Below are positions 57,277 through 64,000 of a stretch of DNA of 64,000 nucleotides, piece by piece. The position numbers and the translations under genes are program-made. This DNA comes from a virus (Duplodnaviria; Heunggongvirae; Uroviricota; Caudoviricetes): IMG/VR virus record IMGVR_UViG_2565956726_000008, one strand, 5' to 3'. The notes beneath the pieces were generated by a model that did not search any database, had not been told where the DNA came from, and saw only the letters and a program-made list of their open reading frames with translations. The first letter of the stretch is position 1. Each line of letters starts with the position of its first letter.

Positions 57277-60200
57277 ATGGCAGAGCAAACCTCGCGTCTC
57301 GCAATAATTATTGATAGCACTGGAGCAAAAAATAATGCTGACAATCTGACCTCCTCATTAGTCAAAATGACGCAGGCCGGGGAAACTGCTGCAAATAGCG
57401 CAGGGAAAGTGACTAAGGCAACAGAAGATGAGAAGAACGCGCTCGCAAAATTAAAAGCAGCTATTGATCCAGTTGGTGCCGCAATTGATACTGTCGGTCG
57501 ACGCTATTCTGAATTAAAGAAATTTTTCGATAAAGGGCTTATTGATAAAGAAGAATATGAATTTCTTGTCCGTAAACTTAATGAAACCACAGAGGAATTG
57601 AGCGGGGTTGCGCAAGCGCAGAGAGAAGCCGAGAAGGCCGGAAAACTTGCTGCCGCCCAGCAGGAAGCGCAGACTCAGGCCTTTCAAAGAATGCTGGACA
57701 AGATCGACCCTCTGGCTGCGGCGCTAAGAAATCTTGAACAACAGCAGGATGAACTTAATGCTGCGTTTGCATCCGGGAAAATAAATGGTTCTCAGTTTGA
57801 GAATTATAGCCGAAAAATACAGGAAACACGGCGAGAGCTTACCGGAGAGGCTCAGGCAGAGCGAGAAGCAGCAAAAGCGCATGATGAACAGGTTGCTGCT
57901 TTGCAACGTCTGATTGCTCAACTTGACCCTGTCGGAACTGCTTTTAATCGTCTGGTAGAACAACAGAAACAGCTCAATGAAGCAAAAGCTAAGGGGATGC
58001 TCTCTCCTGAAATGTATGAGGAACTTTCTGGAAAACTTCGTGCTATGCGGAGTGAGCTTGAGGTTACTCAATCTCAATTAAGCAAAACCGGAATGTCGGC
58101 AAAACAAACGGCTTTTGCTATGCGCATGTTGCCTGCACAAATGACGGATATTGTTGTTGGGTTGTCCACTGGTCAGTCGCCTTTTATGGTGTTAATGCAG
58201 CAGGGCGGCCAGCTAAAAGATATGTTCGGTGGGATTGGCCCGGCGATCAAAGGTGTTGGTTCTTATGTGCTGGGATTAATTAATCCTTTTACCCTGGCCG
58301 CAGCAGCCGTTGGCGTCTTAGGGCTGGCTTACTATAAAGGCTCTCAGGAGCAGGACGAATTTAATAAGTCTCTTATTCTTACCGGAAATCAGTTGGGGAC
58401 AACCAGCGGGCAATTGGCCGATATAGTTCAACGTGCCGGGAATGCGGCTGATTCGACAACTGGCGCTGCGGCGGCAGTATTAAACCAGCTTGTGCGTTCG
58501 GGAAAGGTAGCGAGCAGTTCGCTGGAGCAAGTGACGACAGCGATAGTAAAAACGAGCGAAGTAACAGGAATATCAACCGAACAACTGGTTAATGACTTCA
58601 ATGAAATTGCAAAGGATCCTGTCAGTGCCATATCAAAACTTAATGATCAGTACCATTTTCTGACAATTGCGACTTATAACCAGATTAAGGCGCTACAGGA
58701 TGAAGGGAACCAGCAGGAGGCCGCCCGCATTGCGACAGAAGCATACTCATCCTCAATGATCCAGCGCACCAACCAGATTAAAGAAAATCTTGGTTATCTT
58801 GAGACTGCATGGAAAGCTGTCGCAGACTCCGCAAAATGGGCATGGGATTCCATGCTGGATATTGGCCGTGAGGCCTCCCTTGATCAAAAAATCTCAGATG
58901 TTCTCCGTCAAATTGATGAAATAGAAAAAAATACCCGACCCGGAGTTTTCGGGTTAGGTGGCATTGGAGATGGCGGAGCTCAAAATAAAAGGCTGGCACG
59001 ATTAAAGCAGCAATTGGGCGTACTTCAAGCAGAAAAAATTGCTCAGGACGTACTAAATTCATCAATAAACGATTACAACAAGCGACAACAGGAAGGAATT
59101 GAACTCAGACAGAGAGCAGATGCCTTTTCAAAACAATATCAGACCCGGGAGCAGCAGAGAGCTAGTGAACTTGCAAAACTGGAAAAACTAAAGAGTCAGT
59201 ATTCAAAGGAAGAATATAATAATCTTATCGCTCAAATAAATGAGCGTTATAAAGATCCAAAGCAACCAAAGGCGAAAGGTTATTCGGATGATGCTGCCCA
59301 ACGAATGATTGATCATCTGAATCAACAGAATGCGTTACTAAGTTCACAAACTGAATTAACCGTTAAATTAAGTTCCTCTGAACAGGAACTGGTTAAGTGG
59401 CGTCAGCAGATTGCCGACCTGGAGTCACGACCGTCATCGAAATTAACCAAGGATCAGAAATCGCTTCTCTTACACCGGGAAGAAATAACCGCGTTGATGG
59501 AGAAAAATGTTGCGATTGAAAAAAATAACAGGCTAATCAAGGAATCCGCCGAAATAGCTGCATGGCGTGATTCATTGCAGGCTTCGATTGATAATCGTCA
59601 ACAGGGGTATGATATTCAGATTGCTGGTTATGGGGTTGGCGATAAAAATCAGCAACGCCAGCAGGAATTACTGCGGATTGAACGTGAATATAACAATCAG
59701 CGTCTGCAACTTGAACGTGACTATGCAGATAAATCCCGTGGGATGTCAAATCATGTTTTTCAGGAGAAAATGCAGGCTCTGAATGATGCTCTGGAACGAG
59801 AAAAAGAAATTGTCAGACAGAAAAACGAGCAGCTCGATATTCAGGCAGGAGACTGGGTTAGTGGTGCCTCCCAGGGATTCAATAACTGGCTGGATGACAC
59901 TAAGGATATCAGTGAGCAGATAAAATCAACCACGACTCAGATGTTTGATGGAATGACCGATGCGCTGGGTGATTTTGTCACGACAGGCAAAGCAAATTTT
60001 CGTTCTTTCGCTACTTCCGTGATTTCGGATCTTAGTCGAATAGCATTAAAGGCTTCAATTACTGGGATTTTCGACAGCATTAGTAACAGTTCTTCTGGGG
60101 GGATTTTAGGAACTATCGGGAGTGCTATTAGTAAATTTATTCCGAATGCAAAGGGCGGTGTTTATGAGTCTCCGTCATTGAACACGTATTCGAACGGTAT

Positions 60201-60510
60201 TTATGATTCCCCGCAATTTTTTGCTTTTGCAAGAGGGGCTGGTGTTTTTGGTGAGGCTGGTCCGGAAGCCATTATGCCATTAACACGAACTTCCGATGGT
60301 TCTCTTGGTGTCAGAGCTGTTAATAGTAAAAGTGGTAATGGAGGCGGAGATATTACCTATGCCCCTGTATACCAAATCACTATTCAAAATGACGGCCAGA
60401 ATGGAGAGATTGGCCCTCAGGCAATAAAAGCACTTATGGGGATGGTTGATCAGCGGGTGCAGGGCAATCTGTTAAATATGCGACGTGATGGGGGAATGTT
60501 AAGTGGCTAA
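57277..60510 (+). CDS. tail tape measure protein (prophage B)
   Basis: 1077 aa, predicted coiled-coil-rich, immediately upstream of M. Confidence 0.85.
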   Translation: MAEQTSRLAIIIDSTGAKNNADNLTSSLVKMTQAGETAANSAGKVTKATEDEKNALAKLKAAIDPVGAAIDTVGRRYSELKKFFDKGLIDKEEYEFLVRKLNETTEELSGVAQAQREAEKAGKLAAAQQEAQTQAFQRMLDKIDPLAAALRNLEQQQDELNAAFASGKINGSQFENYSRKIQETRRELTGEAQAEREAAKAHDEQVAALQRLIAQLDPVGTAFNRLVEQQKQLNEAKAKGMLSPEMYEELSGKLRAMRSELEVTQSQLSKTGMSAKQTAFAMRMLPAQMTDIVVGLSTGQSPFMVLMQQGGQLKDMFGGIGPAIKGVGSYVLGLINPFTLAAAAVGVLGLAYYKGSQEQDEFNKSLILTGNQLGTTSGQLADIVQRAGNAADSTTGAAAAVLNQLVRSGKVASSSLEQVTTAIVKTSEVTGISTEQLVNDFNEIAKDPVSAISKLNDQYHFLTIATYNQIKALQDEGNQQEAARIATEAYSSSMIQRTNQIKENLGYLETAWKAVADSAKWAWDSMLDIGREASLDQKISDVLRQIDEIEKNTRPGVFGLGGIGDGGAQNKRLARLKQQLGVLQAEKIAQDVLNSSINDYNKRQQEGIELRQRADAFSKQYQTREQQRASELAKLEKLKSQYSKEEYNNLIAQINERYKDPKQPKAKGYSDDAAQRMIDHLNQQNALLSSQTELTVKLSSSEQELVKWRQQIADLESRPSSKLTKDQKSLLLHREEITALMEKNVAIEKNNRLIKESAEIAAWRDSLQASIDNRQQGYDIQIAGYGVGDKNQQRQQELLRIEREYNNQRLQLERDYADKSRGMSNHVFQEKMQALNDALEREKEIVRQKNEQLDIQAGDWVSGASQGFNNWLDDTKDISEQIKSTTTQMFDGMTDALGDFVTTGKANFRSFATSVISDLSRIALKASITGIFDSISNSSSGGILGTIGSAISKFIPNAKGGVYESPSLNTYSNGIYDSPQFFAFARGAGVFGEAGPEAIMPLTRTSDGSLGVRAVNSKSGNGGGDITYAPVYQITIQNDGQNGEIGPQAIKALMGMVDQRVQGNLLNMRRDGGMLSG

Positions 60511-60841
60511 TACGGAAGAATTTCACTGGTTACCAGAGGATGGAATGAAAACAGAAAATAAACCATCGATAAAAACTGTAAGATTTGGCGATGGTTATGA
60601 GCAACGAAGTCCAAATGGACTTAATCATTCTCTGCGCGTTTTCACCTGTGATTTCAAAGTTGAGGCGAATGAACGTGATTCATTTGAAAAATTTTTAGCC
60701 CGGCATGAAGGCTATAAATCTTTTTTTTGGCGCCCGCCGGGTATTAACAGAAAAATCAGAGTGGTGTGTCGAACGTGGTCAGCGACAGAACATATCACCT
60801 ATACCGATTTTTCGTGTCAGTTTGACGAAGTGGTGATCTGA
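60503..60841 (+). CDS. M: minor tail protein M
   Basis: 112 aa; [18 protein letters not shown]...WRPPG...QFDEVV close to lambda M as I recall it. Confidence 0.9.
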   Translation: MANTEEFHWLPEDGMKTENKPSIKTVRFGDGYEQRSPNGLNHSLRVFTCDFKVEANERDSFEKFLARHEGYKSFFWRPPGINRKIRVVCRTWSATEHITYTDFSCQFDEVVI

Positions 60842-61539
60842 TGCAGGACATACAACAGGAAACACTGAATGAATGCATTCGTGCGGAGCAGTCGGCCAGC
60901 GTGGTGCTCTGGGAAATCGACCTGACCGAGGTAGGCGGGGATCGCTACTTTTTCTGTAATGAGCAGAACGAAAAAGGTGAGTCTGTCACCTGGCAGAGTC
61001 GGCAGTATCAGGCCTATCCCATTCAGGGGAGTGGATTTGAGATGAACGGCAAGGGCAGTGCTGCCCGTCCGACACTGGCGGTCTCTAACCTGCACGGCAT
61101 GATCACCGGGATGGCGGAAGATCTGCAGAGTCTGGTCGGCGGAACGGTGGTCCGGCGTAAGGTTTACGCCCGCTTTCTGGATGCGGTGAACTTCGTCAAC
61201 GGAAACAGCGAAGCCGATCCGGAGCAGGAGGTGATCAGCCGCTGGCGCATCGAGCAGTGCAGCGAACTGAGCGCGGTCAGTGCCTCTTTTGTACTGTCCA
61301 CGCCGACTGAAACGGATGGCGCTGTTTTTCCGGGACGTATCATGCTGGCCAACACCTGCACCTGGACCTATCGCGGCGATGAGTGCGGTTATAGCGGTCC
61401 GGCGGTCGCGGATGAATATGACCAGCCGACGTCCGATATCACGAAGGATAAATGCAGCAAATGCCTGAGTGGCTGTAAGTTTCGCAATAATGTCGGCAAC
61501 TTTGGCAGCTTCCTTTCCATTAACAAACTTTCGCAGTAA
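60841..61539 (+). CDS. L: minor tail protein L
   Basis: 232 aa, almost identical to lambda L as I recall it ([12 protein letters not shown]...FLSINKLSQ). Confidence 0.95.
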   Translation: MQDIQQETLNECIRAEQSASVVLWEIDLTEVGGDRYFFCNEQNEKGESVTWQSRQYQAYPIQGSGFEMNGKGSAARPTLAVSNLHGMITGMAEDLQSLVGGTVVRRKVYARFLDAVNFVNGNSEADPEQEVISRWRIEQCSELSAVSASFVLSTPTETDGAVFPGRIMLANTCTWTYRGDECGYSGPAVADEYDQPTSDITKDKCSKCLSGCKFRNNVGNFGSFLSINKLSQ

Positions 61540-61544
61540 ATCCC

Positions 61545-62288
61545 ATGACAGAGACAGAATCAGCGATTCTGGCGCACGCCCGGCGATGTGCGCCAGCGGA
61601 GTCGTGCGGCTTCGTGGTGAGAACGCCGGAGGAGGAAAGATATTTTCCCTGCGTGAATATCTCCGGTGAGCCGGAGGAGTATTTCCGGATGTCGCCGGAG
61701 GACTGGCTGAGTGCAGAAATGCAGGGAGAGATTGTGGCGCTGGTCCACAGCCACCCCGGTGGTCTGCCCTGGCTGAGTGAGGCCGACCGGCGGCTGCAGG
61801 TACAGAGTGATTTGCCGTGGTGGCTGGTCTGCCGGGGGGCGATTCATAAATTCCGCTGTGTGCCGCATCTCACCGGGCGGCGCTTTGAGCACGGGGTAAC
61901 GGACTGTTACACGCTGTTCCGGGACGCTTACCATCTGGCGGGAATTGAGATGCCGGATTTTCATCGCGGGGATGACTGGTGGCGTAACGGTCAGAATCTC
62001 TATCTGGATAATCTGGAGGCCACAGGGCTGTATCAGGTGCCGTTGTCAGCGGCGCAGCCGGGCGATGTGCTGCTGTGCTGTTTTGGTTCATCGGTGCCGA
62101 ATCATGCCGCCATTTACTGTGGTGACAGCGAGCTGCTGCACCATATTCCTGAACAACTGAGCAAACGAGAGAGGTACACCGACAAATGGCAGCGACGCAC
62201 ACACTCCCTCTGGCGTCACCGGGCATGGCACGCATCTGCCTTTACGGGGATTTACAACGATTTGGCCGCCGCATCGACCTTCGAGTGA
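61545..62288 (+). CDS. K: tail assembly protein K
   Basis: 247 aa, near-identical to lambda K as I recall it (MTETESAILAHARRCAPAESCGFVV...). Confidence 0.9.
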   Translation: MTETESAILAHARRCAPAESCGFVVRTPEEERYFPCVNISGEPEEYFRMSPEDWLSAEMQGEIVALVHSHPGGLPWLSEADRRLQVQSDLPWWLVCRGAIHKFRCVPHLTGRRFEHGVTDCYTLFRDAYHLAGIEMPDFHRGDDWWRNGQNLYLDNLEATGLYQVPLSAAQPGDVLLCCFGSSVPNHAAIYCGDSELLHHIPEQLSKRERYTDKWQRRTHSLWRHRAWHASAFTGIYNDLAAASTFE

Positions 62289-62827
62289 AAACGGGGTCCG
62301 AAGCCATCCGGGCGCTGGCCATGCAGATCCCGGCATTTCGTCAGAAACTGAGCGACGGCTGGTACCAGGTACGCATTGCCGGGCGTGATGCAGGTGAAAC
62401 CGAATTGTCTGCCCGTCTTAATGAGCCGCTGGAAAATGGTGCCGTGATCCATATCGTGCCGCGTCTGGCAGGAGCCAAAAGTGGCGGTGTGTTTCAGGCT
62501 GTGCTGGGGGCGGCTGTTATGGCGGTTGCTATATGGATGCCGGGGGTAGGAATTATGGCGAGTAATCTGCTGTTTTCTCTCGGTGCCAGTATGACGCTTG
62601 GCGGTGTTGCACAGATGCTGGCCCCTAAACCCAAAACCCCCCGCACACAGACAACGGATAACGGCAAACAGAACACCTATTTTTCTTCACTGGATAACAT
62701 GGTTGCCCAGGGCAATGTTCTGCCGGTTCTGTACGGTGAAATGCGCGTGGGGTCACGCGTGGTTTCTCAGGAGATCAGCACGGCAGACGAAGGGGATGGT
62801 GGTCAGGTTGTGGTGATTGGTCGCTGA
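62186..62827 (+). CDS. I: tail assembly protein I
   Basis: 213 aa, near-identical at both ends to lambda I as I recall it (MAATHTLPLASPGMARICLYGDLQRFGRR...GGQVVVIGR); overlaps K 3' end. Confidence 0.9.
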   Translation: MAATHTLPLASPGMARICLYGDLQRFGRRIDLRVKTGSEAIRALAMQIPAFRQKLSDGWYQVRIAGRDAGETELSARLNEPLENGAVIHIVPRLAGAKSGGVFQAVLGAAVMAVAIWMPGVGIMASNLLFSLGASMTLGGVAQMLAPKPKTPRTQTTDNGKQNTYFSSLDNMVAQGNVLPVLYGEMRVGSRVVSQEISTADEGDGGQVVVIGR

Positions 62828-62887
62828 TGCAAAATGTTTTATGTGAAACCGCCTCCGGGCGGTTTTATCGTTTATGGAGCATGACGA

Positions 62888-64000
62888 ATGGGTAAAGGCA
62901 GCAGTAAGGGGCATACCCCGCGCGAAGCGAAGGACAACCTGAAGTCCACGCAGCTGCTGAGTGTGATCGATGCCATCAGCGAAGGGCCGGTTGAAGGTCC
63001 GGTGGATGGATTAAAAAGCGTGCTGCTGAACAGTACGCCGGTGCTGGACAGTGAGGGGAATACCAATATATCCGGCGTCACGGTGGTGTTCCGGGCCGGT
63101 GAGCAGGAGCAGACACCGCCGGAGGGATTTGAATCCTCCGGCTCCGAGACGGTGCTGGGTACGGAAGTGAAGTACGACACGCCGATTACCCGGACCATCA
63201 CGTCGGCAAACATCGACCGTCTGCGCTTTACCTTCGGTGTGCAGGCACTGGTGGAAACCACCTCAAAGGGGGACCGGAATCCGTCGGAAGTCCGCCTGCT
63301 GGTTCAGATACAGCGTAATGGTGGCTGGGTGACGGAAAAAGACATCACCATTAAAGGCAAAACCACCTCACAGTATCTGGCCTCGGTGGTGGTGGGTGAC
63401 CTGCCGCCGCGTCCGTTCAATATCCGGATGCGCAGGATGACGCCGGACAGCACCACAGACCAGCTGCAGAACAAAACGCTCTGGTCGTCATACACCGAAA
63501 TCATCGATGTGAAACAGTGCTACCCGAACACGGCACTGGTCGGCGTACAGGTGGATTCGGAGCAGTTCGGCAGCCAGCAGGTGAGCCGTAATTATCATCT
63601 GCGCGGGCGTATTCTGCAGGTGCCGTCGAACTATAACCCGCAGACTCGGCAATACAGCGGTATCTGGGACGGAACGTTTAAGCCAGCATACAGCAATAAC
63701 ATGGCCTGGTGTCTGTGGGATATGCTGACCCATCCACGCTACGGCATGGGGAAACGTCTTGGTGCGGCGGATGTGGACAAATGGGCGCTGTATGTCATCG
63801 GCCAGTACTGCGACCAGTCAGTGCCGGACGGCTTTGGCGGCACGGAGCCGCGCATCACCTGTAATGCGTACCTGACCACACAGCGCAAGGCGTGGGATGT
63901 GCTCAGTGATTTCTGCTCGGCGATGCGCTGTATGCCGGTATGGAACGGGCAGACGCTGACGTTCGTGCAGGACCGACCGTCGGATAAGGTGTGGACCTAT
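62888..64000 (+). CDS. J: host specificity protein J (5' part; continues beyond window)
   Basis: ATG at 62888; MGKGSSKGHTPREAKDNLKSTQLLSVIDAISEGP... is near-identical to the lambda J N-terminus as I recall it; no stop before window end, so absent from the ORF track. Confidence 0.9.
   Translation, partial: MGKGSSKGHTPREAKDNLKSTQLLSVIDAISEGPVEGPVDGLKSVLLNSTPVLDSEGNTNISGVTVVFRAGEQEQTPPEGFESSGSETVLGTEVKYDTPITRTITSANIDRLRFTFGVQALVETTSKGDRNPSEVRLLVQIQRNGGWVTEKDITIKGKTTSQYLASVVVGDLPPRPFNIRMRRMTPDSTTDQLQNKTLWSSYTEIIDVKQCYPNTALVGVQVDSEQFGSQQVSRNYHLRGRILQVPSNYNPQTRQYSGIWDGTFKPAYSNNMAWCLWDMLTHPRYGMGKRLGAADVDKWALYVIGQYCDQSVPDGFGGTEPRITCNAYLTTQRKAWDVLSDFCSAMRCMPVWNGQTLTFVQDRPSDKVWTY

Noticed and set aside
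62872-63261. 129-aa minus-strand ORF at the start of prophage B J
   Set aside because: Antisense to the J N-terminus, which is near-identical to lambda J as I recall it; J itself is missing from the ORF track only because it has no stop within the window.

Overview
This window looks like an Escherichia coli-type chromosome segment holding parts of two tandem lambdoid prophages separated by a short core island. Gene identities are from my own reading of the supplied translations and recall of E. coli K-12 and phage lambda proteins; no database search was run. (1) 1-19.4 kb is the late/structural region of prophage A: capsid, neck, tail tube, tape measure, divergent lambda-like M-L-K-I-J with a 1620-aa J carrying internal repeats, and a LamG-type tail fibre. 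Four gene junctions in this tail module are interrupted by reverse-strand cargo cassettes. (2) 19.8-23.7 kb is core chromosome: zntB, an unlisted proline-rich 57-aa ORF, dbpA, a REP element and ttcA. (3) 23.8-64 kb is a Rac-like prophage B starting at its integrase: intR, xis, ydaC, ralR, recT, recE, racC, ydaE, kilR, sieB, ydaG, ydaF, racR, ydaS/T/U/V/W; a nin-like cargo region (KilA-N protein, hok-like toxin gene with divergent 3' end, YeaR-like cupin, 0.84 kb AT-rich ORF-free spacer); a Q-like antiterminator followed by a membrane-protein moron; lysis genes S, R, Rz/Rz1; trkG; a ParB-like nuclease plus GT-A-like protein; terminase, portal, head and tail genes with a G/GT -1 frameshift site; tape measure; and near-lambda M-L-K-I-J, with J running off the window end. 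No rRNA, tRNA or CRISPR array was seen. The best candidates for an undescribed system are the three-gene reverse-strand operon at 9128-9902, the membrane-protein moron at 40708-41407, the toxin-antitoxin-like pair at 7826-8253, the lipoprotein cassette at 4280-5269 and the ParB-like/GT-like pair at 44640-46356; none could be assigned a function from sequence alone.
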